From NCBI GenBank assembly GCA_964016885.1, contig OZ024743.1, positions 227,168,001 through 227,232,000 on the forward strand: 64,000 nucleotides of DNA, read 5' to 3'. The stretch is from Eledone cirrhosa. Lineage: Eukaryota. Numbering within the stretch: position 1 is the first letter of the stretch; each line of letters starts with the position of its first letter. The position numbers were made by a program, and so were the translations under genes. Positions 15,080 through 28,531 of the stretch are shown here, piece by piece. Under the pieces are notes generated by a model that saw only the letters and a program-made list of their open reading frames with translations, was not told the origin of the DNA and made no database searches.

Positions 15080-17260
15080 TTCTTTACTTATGAAAGAATA
15101 TCTCTGGGATATTCTTCAGTTGTTACAATCCAAACATATCTGTGCCAAAACAAGACAAAAATCAATTTCATGAGCAATTTCAAATATTCAACATAAGCGC
15201 AAACTTGTTTTAAGGGAAGATTTCAATGCTCGAGTGGATGTTGATTGTCAGGCATGCCTGTTATCTTTCGACCTCATGGACTTAAATGGTAAAAAATTGG
15301 CATATGATTGATTACATAATCACAAAGCAGTGTGATGTTGAGGACATTAACATCACCCAATCATTCCATATTTTATCTTGCATAATATCGCTTTCGACCT
15401 CATTGCTCGAAAGAAGATTTTAACTTGCTCGTTGACCATAAGTTTTATTACTGTGTTACCGTTGAGATTCAAATATAGAAAGAAAGACACATCTTGAATA
15501 CTTTCTTGATTCAGTGCAGATAACTGATGTTATTGAATCATCTTGGAAATCCATCAGAAATTCCACCTATAATACTTCCTTAAAGTAATTGGTCTTTCCT
15601 GTGCGGAGCATCAAGGATTCCTTTTATAAAAACAATGTGTTTCATTCAAGACCTGGATCAATGATAAAAATTCCAACATAAAAATGCATGCATACAAAGA
15701 ATACAAAAACGTTAAAACAAAAAATCGATGAATTCAAAGCTGTCTATAAAGGATGCAAAATATGTGTTACCCTTTAGAAAATGCTTCATATCTTCTTTGT
15801 GATGATCAAAATATTCTGACTGAAATATTCAATAGGAAGAACATATTAAGACTAATATTAACACTAACCCTGTCATCAGTAATAATGTAATTGTTTCCAT
15901 TCTTCAAAAACCCGAAACCTTGGAGTTGTCCCTGGAATCTTGCTTAAAGAAAGTTCAAAATCTCATAAAGCATGTGTCATCAAACACATCACTTAGTAGG
16001 GATTGTATACCACTTGAAATGACATGTTGGCAAAAATGGTCCAAAACCTCTTTGAGCTTTTGAAATCATCTGGACAGGTGGGCGTTCAATGATGGACTAC
16101 AACCATGTATACATCAAGCAGCTATTCAAAAATAAAGAAAGAAAAGTTGTCAGAAATAAACCACATAGTAACTCTCACCTGTAGGTAAAATTCTCTCTGG
16201 ACAATTCTCAAAAATTGGTATACCTCATAAAATCATAAATGACATAATTCTGATTCATGCAGAAATGAAATAATCTGTTTTTATCAAATGATGAACTTTC
16301 AGACTCTTTCGAAGTTTCGAACAGCCCAAATCAAGGTTTTCTTTTACGCTCTCCCTTTCAGTTATACTGCATTATAATTTTCGCGATCTCGATTCGGGCG
16401 TACAATTAAAATTACTTACCAGCACAATAAAGGAAAAACACTTGTCCGAATGGCAATGATTCAGAACCTCTTGTTTTCTAATGATGCTAGACTTGTTGAA
16501 ACATCTATCAAAAATCTACGGAGACTTGTTAATAGATTCTCTAATGCGAGTATAGATTTCGGTCTCATCACCAGGATTAAAAAGTTTGAAGTTTTATACC
16601 AGTCAAGACTCACTCCCTAGAAAACCAGAGATTCAAAACAAAAACAGTTCAGCTCATTCCTACCTCTCCCGTCATCATCGATGGCAAAGAAAGATTAAAT
16701 ATGTAGAGATTTCATATATCTTATGAGCAGTGTAACCTGATATGTCATTTTTGATCTTGGAATTATCAGTCGCGTAGCCAAATCTACAAATGCTTTCGGC
16801 AAACATTCTCATGTCCTGTCGTATGAACAAGAAATCTTACTGGAAACCTAAATTAATGTCTCCGTACGGATTGGAATCTTAGGTCTCCTATAGATCACAT
16901 ATTAACACCATTCATATGTTTATAAACGATGCTTTCGGGCCCTTTGTGGATACACCTAAAATGACAGATGGTCAATTATTGACATATTCTCTAAATGCCA
17001 AATTGTGGGGTTTGAATCCTTTTTCTGCAATCCTAATTAAGATGTATTGGGCATGTCGCCAGAATGATTGGCAATAGAATTCCCAATGTCCGCATGTATA
17101 GCCGACACCACGATTTAAGAAGAAACGGCTGAGATACAAGAAAAAAGCTAAAATCTAACCTGAAAGCAACAACGATTCTTTCAATATAACTGCACCGAAC
17201 CGCAATGAATGAAGGTTAACTTGCTGTAAACTATCATAAACTATGAAATAATCAACTTTA
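15080..17260 (+). mobile_element. Highly decayed RTE (BovB-like) LINE
   Basis: Fragmentary motifs in order: DFNARV (~15220), LFSNDA resembling LFADD (~16470), FGL..KK.EVLYQ (~16560), GHVARM..NRIP (~17050); many indels; boundaries approximate. Confidence 0.7.
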
Positions 17261-18889
17261 ATCATGTTGAAGAATTGAAAGCAATGGCAAAGTGTATCTA
17301 ACATGCCAACCACTTTGTATAACAATCCTTTCTTATGATTATTCGGTCGAAATCGAGAGGAAAATCAACTATACATATATAGAAAAGTCAGCCAAATGAA
17401 GACAAGATCACATAAAAAAACAAACACATGGATGAGCACAGAAAACGATGATCGCTTTTTCAGCCCCCGACTATTTGTTACATACCAGCATGGCGTTGCT
17501 GCATAGGATCAGATAGGACCTATCAGTACATCAATAGTTTTTAATACTCCAGCTAGGGGAAATATTTACAGAATTTGAGAGGTTTTTGACGAAATAGGGC
17601 AATACAGTCTCAAGAAAAGCAAGTTGAAGTGGTAGAGGTAGTATTAGTAATAACTGTGTCTTCCCCCTACCTGTTACATTCCTCAGCCCCTATCGCTCCG
17701 TAGCGATAAACGTGATCGAGTTAAAAATAATATAACGGTAAAACAGAGGTAGAATAAATAATATAAATTAAAAGGATATAGTTAAATAAATTTAGAATTG
17801 AAGGAAAATAAAATTTAGCAAACAGAGCTTATTGGGATTAGAAAGTGACTAGATGAAGTCACAGAAGTCCTGTTGCCCCAACCAGGTTTATATTATAATG
17901 CAGCTTATTAGAGTACGTTCCTATGCCCAAACCAACCGGGGAGATTCAAGCACCAAATTAGTAAATTCCGCCAGGGTGGATTCTTGCGATATAAATGGGA
18001 ATGTCCAGGTGAAGTTTGGATTATTATGAGAATGTCCTCTATAAGTTGTTGCAAATAACAACAAAACCATTTGAGGTGATTATGTGTATATTGCCATAAC
18101 TCTTAGATGCATAGCAACGATTGGGGTAGAGTGCACACTTGCGTAAGTAAATGCACACACAACCATAACGGTGAACAAACATCTCCTTACACATTGGTAT
18201 TGTCACACATCCCAGGAGCCACTATGTCTAACCGATAAGATTCTGAAAGTAAGAGATAATATCTAATATGTGATGTGAACGGTTGTAGGGAGGATTAACT
18301 TAAAGTACATTATAATAAGGTCAAATTTGTAAGACCAGAGACTAAATAAGATGAAAAATATAACAGAATAAAATAGCATAAAATAAATTAGGATGGAACG
18401 AAAATTAAGAAAAAATATACATACAAAAATTAAATTAAGATAAAAGACAAAACAATAAAAAAAAAGTAATAAATAAAAAATATATAAGAGATATCTCAAC
18501 TTTGAAGATATATAGAGAAAATTAATTTAAGTAATAAGGTGATAATGGAAGATAAAAATACAAAGGATAATGAACAAGCGATAAAATAGAGGTATATAAC
18601 ATAACATATAATATAACATATACTATAGAAAGTGGAGTATAGAGGTTATAGTGAGTTTGTGTGAATGTTGCTGTTTGTTGGATAGCAAGGGAGAGAGGGG
18701 TTTTTTCCCGCAAATTGTCTTCTTTTTCAAATCCAGCCCGTGGGTCAAGTTTAAAAAAATAACTTCTGTAGGTTGGGAATGTTATTATTCTTCGTTATCT
18801 TCCTGTCGAAAAAAATGTGTGTTGTTTGATATGGTTTGAAAAGAGGTAATCCTATGGAAGTAGATATTTTGGGTTCATTTCATTAGTTT

Positions 18890-19046
18890 GTGTGTCGGGG
18901 TATCCTGTGTTTCAGTAGATTAAAGCCATGACATATTGTAAATTTGGCAACAAGTACAAACCTGTGCAGTCATCGTGAATTTCACGAGAAGGCTGTTCCG
19001 TTGATAGTATCAACTGAAGCACACGTCGTCGTAACCGACAGAGTAC
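18890..19046 (+). mobile_element. Probable SINE 3' fragment
   Basis: AATTTCACGAGAAGGCTGTTCCGTTGAT..GTCGTCGTAACCGAC resembles an octopus interspersed repeat end (recalled; no second copy in the window). Confidence 0.35.
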
Positions 19047-19990
19047 TAATTTATATACTCTTCTAAATATATATATTCTTCTCCGAATTATCTCTGTCGA
19101 TTGGAAGACTATCTTTTGTCTTTTTTCCTCTGCTGCTCAATAAGTTTACTTTCCGCCTCCGTGTTTTGATGAAAAATTGGATATTTCTTTCAGTTAAATC
19201 AGAATGTAAAAATTTCAATTTTATATACTCACTTAATCTAAACTGAGTTAACCACAGTGAGTTGCTGATGTAAGCTAATATTTATGGCAGGAATCAATAA
19301 AAATCCAATACTTTAAAATATTAGAATGTAATATTTGAACATCCAGGACATGACATTATGAGAGAGGGATTTGGACAAAAATTGAAACGTATGTACATTA
19401 TGTCAGTTAGTGCTTTATGTATGCTTTTATTTTTACTTCAATGACTTTTTTTAATATGTTTTGGCAGAACCGATACCAATATGTGACACTATTCAGATGT
19501 GATGAAAGCCCGAATAATTTCTAAAACAGACTTCATATTTCTAACTGATGGGTAAAATCAAAGATTAACTTTTTATAAAGTATAAGCTATACATGTCCAT
19601 GGAGATCAAGGCAGGTGAGTTACCAGACCAAATTATCGTAATGTGCGGGTCACCAAGCCAGGAAGTGGTTGTTTTGGCACTTTGTTCAGGTACCAATTTC
19701 TGAAAAAAATACACAATTTTGCAACTTACACAAGATATGGCAACTCCCCATATTTACGAATTTTGAGAATTTGGCACTGGATATCGATTAAATAAATACG
19801 GATCTCTGTTTTGTGTAGCTTTCCTCTGAACTCAGCAATGTTGATTTCCGAATGCGATACAGAACAAGACATGATAAGATCTATCCCTTGGATGTCAGTT
19901 TACTTTCCCAGCAATACCATATAGTCTGTTAAAAATGTAGTCCCATATACACGATGACAATAGTACTAGAATATGTTGTATATATATATA

Positions 19991-20289
<299 letters not shown>

Positions 20290-20309
20290 TTATATATATT
20301 TATATATAC

Positions 20310-20361
<52 letters not shown>

Positions 20362-20366
20362 TTATA

Positions 20367-20399
<33 letters not shown>

Positions 20400-20430
20400 T
20401 TATATATATATATACATATATATATATATT

Positions 20431-20497
<67 letters not shown>

Positions 20498-20505
<8 letters not shown>

Positions 20506-20591
20506 ATACTTTGGGAGGGTCATGTTGCCAATAAGAAACACACGCGTGTGTTTCTTATTGGCAACATGACCCTCCCAAAGTATAACAATAT
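20498..20591. repeat. Perfect 94-bp palindrome
   Basis: Centre AAGAAACACACG|CGTGTGTTTCTT; left end merges with (TA)n. Confidence 0.95.
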
Positions 20592-20645
20592 CGGTTTCAA
20601 CACACGATTTCAGATAAAGAATCTTGCTAAACAAATTCAGAAACG

Positions 20646-20767
<122 letters not shown>

Positions 20768-20769
20768 TT

Positions 20770-20854
<85 letters not shown>

Positions 20855-20916
20855 CAAAATACAGGACCAGGAAAAGATATATATATATAAATATATATGT
20901 ACATATAGATAAATAA

Positions 20917-20976
<60 letters not shown>

Positions 20977-21082
20977 GGATGGCTGAAACAGGTAAAAGGG
21001 TAAAAGAGTATATATATATATATATATATAAATATATACATAGATATGTTTATGTTCGCATGTGTGTATATATATATATGTG

Positions 21083-21280
21083 TAGGGAAAAGTATGACCC
21101 CAACAGCAGAGCTCAAGCCGTTTCGACGGCTATTTCTGGAGTCCAGAAATAGCCGTCGAAACGGCTTGAGCTCTGCCGTCGGGGTCATACTTTTTCCTAT
21201 TTCCGACTGTACTACCCTAAGTATTGAGTACTCTGGTGCGTTATGGTCCATCTGGTTCCTTACCACATTTTCTTTGTTAT
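21083..21280 (+). mobile_element. Family 1 TA-embedded element, opposite orientation, with fold-back
   Basis: Palindrome centred on TGGAGTCCA; GAAA-CGGC-TTGAGCTCT-GCCG-TC-GGGGTC then ~95-nt body. Confidence 0.75.
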
Positions 21281-21420
21281 ATATATATGTATATATATAT
21301 ATATATATATGTATATAAAGGATCGATCGACTTTCGTCAAATCGGACCGGGGGAACAATGTTTCCGTTGGTCTTTCCAATTGCTAATACTATCTATCGGT
21401 CGTATATATATATGTATATG

Positions 21421-21536
<116 letters not shown>

Positions 21537-21539
21537 AAC

Positions 21540-21606
<67 letters not shown>

Positions 21607-21625
21607 CATACATATACATATATAC

Positions 21626-21675
<50 letters not shown>

Positions 21676-21690
21676 ATATGTATATGTATG

Positions 21691-21730
<40 letters not shown>

Positions 21731-21741
21731 TGTATATATGT

Positions 21742-21812
<71 letters not shown>

Positions 21813-21819
21813 CATACAT

Positions 21820-21892
<73 letters not shown>

Positions 21893-21896
<4 letters not shown>

Positions 21897-21930
21897 AGGC
21901 GTGTGGCTGAGTGGTTAGAGAATTGGATTC

Positions 21931-21933
<3 letters not shown>
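21893..21933 (+). mobile_element. tRNA-like SINE head fragment
   Basis: GAAGGCGTGTGGCTGAGTGGTTAGAG contains an A-box; isolated in a TA tract. Confidence 0.5.
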
Positions 21934-21961
<28 letters not shown>

Positions 21962-22194
21962 TTATTTATTTATTTATTTATATGTACATATATATTTATA
22001 TATATATCTTTTCCTTTCGTTGCTCTAGTGATGCGGCTGGACTGCCGACCGCTATATCTGATTTGCTAAGCTGTCTGAACGTATTGTTATTACCCTGGGG
22101 TGCTTTTTCTCCCATCCGAGTGCTAAAGCTACAGACCGATTCTGCATTCGTTAGCTTGGCCGTGTTCTAAAGCTTCGTTAATGCTGTACTAACA

Positions 22195-22261
<67 letters not shown>

Positions 22262-22290
22262 GTGCGTGTGTGTGTATACATATATATATG

Positions 22291-22379
<89 letters not shown>

Positions 22380-22806
22380 ATATATAAATATGCACATATA
22401 TATGTGTGCGTGGGTGGCTGTGTGTATCCACGTATGTGTGTATGTGTGTGTGTTTATGTGTGTGAGTGTGTGCATACAACGGTCTTTGATCGAATATCTT
22501 TGATCAATAGATCTGTTCGATCAAAGCTGACGACAAAAACTCAGAAATTCCAGTAGATTCGAACTTGGTAGTTCAATAATATTTTCATTTCTCTGCTCAC
22601 TCTCTCATTCTATCATTCTCTCATTCTTTCTCTATCTCATTCTCTCTCTTTTTCTCTCTCTCTTTTTCTCTCTCCCTCTCTCTCCCCCTCTCTCTCCCTC
22701 TCTATATATCTATTTATCTATCAATCTATCTATCTATCTATCTATCTACAGATATCTATCTATCTATTTATCTATTTATCTATCAATCAATCTATCTATC
22801 TACATA

Positions 22807-22852
<46 letters not shown>

Positions 22853-23318
22853 CAGATATCTATCTATCTATTTCACTACAATCTATATAAGCAAGAGGTT
22901 AACCTTTCTTATACGCTACACCAATCTCTGTGGTATTTGGTGGGATTTTATTTTCTCCCCCAATGTCTGTTCCAGTGCGTTCATTATTTCTACTGTTAGT
23001 GGTGTTCTCTAGAACTATTGATAACTACTGGTTTTCTCTCCTTTTATTGAACGGAACTGGTCTACAGCTTCAACAAACAAACTAACAAACATATACAGCC
23101 CTCTCACTGCCCAGCGACGACAATCAAGCTGCAATTTATATACAATAACAAATGTCAAAATCTACCAAGAAAAAATATATAAAATTCTTCACATCTTCAT
23201 GGACTGCTAATGACTCTCGTCTCTCTTGTCGCTCTATCGTCTCTCTCTCCCTCTCTCTTTCTCTCTCTAACTCTCTCTTCCTCTCTGTGTATCCCTCTCT
23301 TCACTCTCTCTCAATGTC

Positions 23319-23380
<62 letters not shown>

Positions 23381-23840
23381 CATCTATCTCTATCATTCTC
23401 TGTCTCTTACCTCTTACCCACTCTGTCATTTTTTTTACATTCATTCTTTCTTTCTTCCTTTTTCTTTTTGATTTATCCTTTCATTTTCCATTATGTTTTT
23501 GTTGTTGTTTCCTTTTATCAATGTACTGATCATTGATTATTGATTCTAACTGATCACGAGGCAATCCTGATTTGCATTCGCTGTCCGTAGCGCTCAGGAA
23601 ACAATTTCCTCTTCACCCAAAATGTTACCATCGATTGCTGCGTAAACTTTGTAGTTTGTGCATTTGTTTATTCATTTCTTTCTTTGTTACTTGTTTATTT
23701 GTTTGTTTTTAGATTATTTTATTGTATTTTATTTTTTGGTTTTTGTTTTCTATATTTGTAGTTTCATATATTTTTACTTATTTTTTTTTAGTTTTGACAG
23801 TTTTTTTTTGTGTATTTATTTATTTATTTATGTATTTTCG

Positions 23841-24015
23841 AGAAGAAGAAGAAGAAGAAGAAGAAGAAGAAGAAGAAGAAGAAGAAGAAGAAGAAGAAGA
23901 AGAAGAAGAAGAAGAAGAAGAAGAAGAAGAAGAAGAAGAAGAAGAAGAAGAAGAAGAAGAAGAAGAAGAAGAAGAAGAAGAAGAAGAAGAAGAAGAAGAA
24001 GAAGAAGAAGAAGAA

Positions 24016-24062
<47 letters not shown>

Positions 24063-24078
24063 AGATGAAGAAGAAGAA
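23841..24078. repeat. (GAA)n microsatellite, ~79 units
   Basis: Direct repeat; source of the poly-E/K/R/S/F ORFs. Confidence 0.98.
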
Positions 24079-24474
24079 AATATATTCAGAGACATGTTTT
24101 GATACAGAAATTTGCATTTTTAAACGAAAAAAAAAATTATATCATAGTATTTTTTTAGTGTTGTTGGTTGTTTAAGTTGGTTGCCTGGTCGATTGGCTTT
24201 GTATGGTGTTTTTTTAGTATTTATTTTTATTTTATTTTATTTATATTTTATTTATAATTTTTAAAGAATTCTATTAGTTTAATTCTTGCGTGCTACTAAT
24301 GTCTAATTCATTGTTGGAGCATCATTAGTTCTCGGTGATCTCCACGTAAAGCGCGGGGTAAATCAAACAGAGACATATATACATATATGTGTATTTGAGT
24401 CTGTGTGTTGGGGAATAAGATAATTATATATATACACACACAGAAAAACCACACAAACATGAATACACATGCAC

Positions 24475-24509
<35 letters not shown>

Positions 24510-24589
24510 CACACACATACACACAAATACATACACACACACATATATATATATATTTATCTATATACATATATATATATATAAATATA

Positions 24590-24629
<40 letters not shown>

Positions 24630-24656
24630 CACTCACATATATATATATATTTTTAT

Positions 24657-24956
<300 letters not shown>

Positions 24957-25182
24957 GGGATGGGATGTATTTATGACATATGAGAGGTTAAGTTCAGCCT
25001 CCATGGTCTTTAGTCTGAGACATGTGGGTGTGCTTTTATACATTTTCAATAGTGGATACGTCGTTATGTCTATATGTGTGTGTCTGTGTATCTGATTACA
25101 GTTTTTAACTTGCAAATATTTTTTTCTTTCCCTTTTTCCATCTTTAATACGTACACGTTCTCTCTCTCTCTCTCTCCCCCTC

Positions 25183-25262
<80 letters not shown>

Positions 25263-25428
25263 TATTCGTTTTGCTTTCTGTCTCATCCTGTTCTGTCAGA
25301 ATGTCCTTTTACCAAGTCGTAGCTCTACTTCCACATTGTACATGTCCTTCTGTCATTTTTCTGAACATCTCTTCTATGAGCATCTCTTGTATGTCTCTCA
25401 TAATTCCATTGTCTTTGCCAAATCATAA

Positions 25429-25600
25429 CTAGGGTGGGTAAAATTCCCGAGATCCATGGATGAGTTCTCTCCACCGGTCTCTGTCCCTCATCATCGCTGC
25501 CATGCCTTACGTCTCCAAGAGACCGGTGTCTGTCCTTAGGGCATCAATATATGTCAACCTCGGTCTCCCTCTTCTAGTGTGTCTGTGCAGGTTCTCCCAC
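25429..25600 (-). mobile_element. RTE-type LINE 3' end fragment
   Basis: Minus strand encodes RRGRPRLTYIDALRTDTGLLE..RDRDRWREL; same family as 48595-48764. Confidence 0.85.
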
Positions 25601-26257
25601 ATAAAGGCCGTAAATATTCGCCTTCTTTCATCATTTGCCTCTCTGTACCAATGTAATCGTAGACTATTATATGAGATGTTTTTCTCGTTTCATAGACTTG
25701 TTTACTATATATGCAAACATTAGCACAACATGGAGAAAATATACACCAATCCAATACACATATCCATATCTACAAACCAACAAAATTATACAAAACAAAG
25801 CACACACTCACCAAACGAACGTCATCCGCACACATATATCTGCACCATTGATATATCCGAACACACAGCCACCACACACGCACTAGCCTGTCCATCTGCC
25901 CACTTTTTCTTTACCTTTCCAGCCAACCTTTTCTTCTCACTCTTACCTTCTACTATTCCCCGATGAGGAACTAACCTCAGATACGTTGAATCATTCTTAT
26001 TCCTTTTCTCACAAGCCTGAAACTAATAAAACTTTGCGGTATTCTCTTTTTAATCTTGAAATATATTTATTTAATTATGTCTCATATAAAATAATACAAC
26101 CAACTTTCCACGGAATACTATATAGTTAGCACCCCAAACACTTAATTGGGATTATACTTAGGTATATCCTAATGTTTGTTGAGTGAGATGGAGTTGGTCT
26201 GGGTATCGCTTAAAGCTTTCTCTGTTAATGTATTAAATATGATATATATATATATAT

Positions 26258-26350
26258 AAGTTATTCCGGGTTGAATCGGAGGTAACCACAGTAAGTAAGG
26301 TACTCAATACATAGCAGAGTATAACATTTTTAATATAAAAGAGCTTCTAT
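26258..26350 (-). mobile_element. Family 2 TA-embedded element, truncated at the hammerhead cleavage-site region
   Basis: AAGTTATTCCGGGTTGAATCGGAGGTAACC..GTACTCAATACATAGCAGAG..GAGCTTCTA. Confidence 0.7.
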
Positions 26351-26513
26351 ATTAAATATATATATATATATATATAAATATTAATTCAAAATATTAAAAT
26401 ATTAATGAACCTTGTTTAACCTTTAAATATATATATATATGTATGTATGTATGTAAAAGGTAAACAGAAATAAAAACACAATCGCTATAGTATATAGAAG
26501 GAATATTATTAGG

Positions 26514-26557
26514 TTAACGCTTGAAATAGCGTTTCGGACGCTAGTCCTTCATCAGAA
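26514..26557 (-). ncRNA. Hammerhead relic (family 3; related decayed copies near 25955-25995 and 43127-43164)
   Basis: CUGAUGA-A-GGAC UAGC GUCC-GAAA-CG; stem I partner largely missing. Confidence 0.5.
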
Positions 26558-26617
26558 GAAAGAATGAGAAATAAGATAGATTGAAGGGATGGATGAGTTG
26601 TGCATGTGTGTGTGGAT

Positions 26618-26696
<79 letters not shown>

Positions 26697-27362
26697 TCTG
26701 CATTGTTTTTATACCTAAAGCCCGTCTATTAAAATTGTATGTAAAATCTTTTTCTACGATATATTCCGAACATTAGATTACTAATGAGAAAATTATTTAT
26801 ATTACTAAACCTCTCCAAATTCTTGATTATTTTAATTAGCTTTATAAACAGTTGTAAAAGAAATTTAACGCATGTAAATGATCAACATGCTGAAATATTT
26901 TTAAAGCATCGCTAAATTAGTGTACAATTGTGTTCCAACAACGTATATGTTACAAGAAATCAAGGTCGTCGTTGTAGCCAGCTTGTGAAGAGAATTTTTG
27001 ACTAGTGATCAGAAAACCGAGATTTTGTTATGTTTGTCGGAATCGTAGGTGAAACGGCCTCAAGGGCACTAAAATATATTTCATCGATTGAATGACATAG
27101 AACCTTTGTAAACATGCGTTTCTACGTAATTATACGTTCAGCATGGCTCACTTTATTTACGACAATCAATTATCCGAACGAAATATTCCCAGCAGCCGCT
27201 TCATTCGGTTAAACGAAGCCTCTATGTGTGTGAGTGTGTGTATATATATATATATATACATACATATATATATTTATATACACACACACACATATATATA
27301 TATATATGTCTGTATGCATATGTTTGTGCATATGTGTGTGTGTGAGAAAGAGTATGTGTGTT

Positions 27363-27423
<61 letters not shown>

Positions 27424-28215
27424 TTATTTACACAGAGAGAGAAGAGAGACAAACGGACAGTGGGAGCGAAAGAGAAAGATTGAGAGAGATGCATACAATA
27501 TATTCATTCCGTGTCTGTCGTACGCATGGGAAAACATTCTTATCCCCTTTTTCAAACATATTTAATCAAATCAATATTTGTCTGACATTTAAATCTAATC
27601 TTTACGAAATGTAAAGCAACTCCTAGAAAGATATTTATCAATATATTTTATCAACGCTGTTATATCGTTTAACAAATGATATATATTTCATTTATGCAGT
27701 TTTTGTCTCTGATTGTGTATGTATTTGTTTACTAATGTGTGTGCGAGCCTGTATGCTTGTCTAGATTCTGTGTCTGTGTGTAAATGTGTGTGTGTATTTG
27801 TATCTGTGTTTGCCTTTGTGTTTGTGTGCTTGCGCTTGTGTGACGTTGATGGTGTGTTTATGTCTTTGTATGTGTGTTTGTATTTATGTGTGTAGGAGCG
27901 TAGTCATGCGTATGTCGTTTTGAGTATGTGTGTATGCGAATGTATGTGTGTTCATGTTTACCTTTAAGAGCAGGGTGGTCGTGTATCAATAGCAAAAACA
28001 ATTACACATTTTAAAGACAACTGGTTTTATATCCTAAACTACATAACATATGCCGCTTAGGAATAGTATGATCGCTTAGAAAAAAGACTGCAAGGAGGTC
28101 AGATAAACAGACTGGCTAACAGACAAATAAGCATATAGATAGCTAGCTATATAGATAGATAGACAGGCAGACAGACAGACAGACAGACAGACAGATAGAT
28201 GGATATATAGATAGG

Positions 28216-28282
<67 letters not shown>

Positions 28283-28531
28283 ATTTCTATTTATTAGCCA
28301 CAAGGGCGCACACAAATGGAACAGTACAATGACATATGGCGGGGATTTTACATGTAGTCGAGTAAGAAATGAAAATAACAACAGTTTAACAAAGCAAATC
28401 AACAATCGAAATCCCCAATAGGGGGGGAGGCGCTTCAACGGGTTGTTGCATACCCCGTAGAAATAACAACCTTGAACTCCAGGAGCACGAAGTGCAAGTG
28501 CTCCTTTCCTCCTTTCTTCCTCTTCCTTGAC

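Noticed and set aside
18263-18713. Hydrophobic F/L/I/Y-rich ORFs suggesting a mitochondrial insert or membrane protein
   Set aside because: Explained by A-rich composition; no recognisable mitochondrial gene motif
19300-19960. Possible CR1/L2-like relic on the minus strand
   Set aside because: Only faint motif resemblance (VP..P.PG, ILVLLSSCIW); not supportable without BLASTX
21320-21402. Short unique insert in a TA tract with GAAA-GTCGATCGAT palindrome
   Set aside because: No convincing CUGANGA core or stem I
23658-24175. Poly-E/K/R ORFs
   Set aside because: (GAA)n microsatellite
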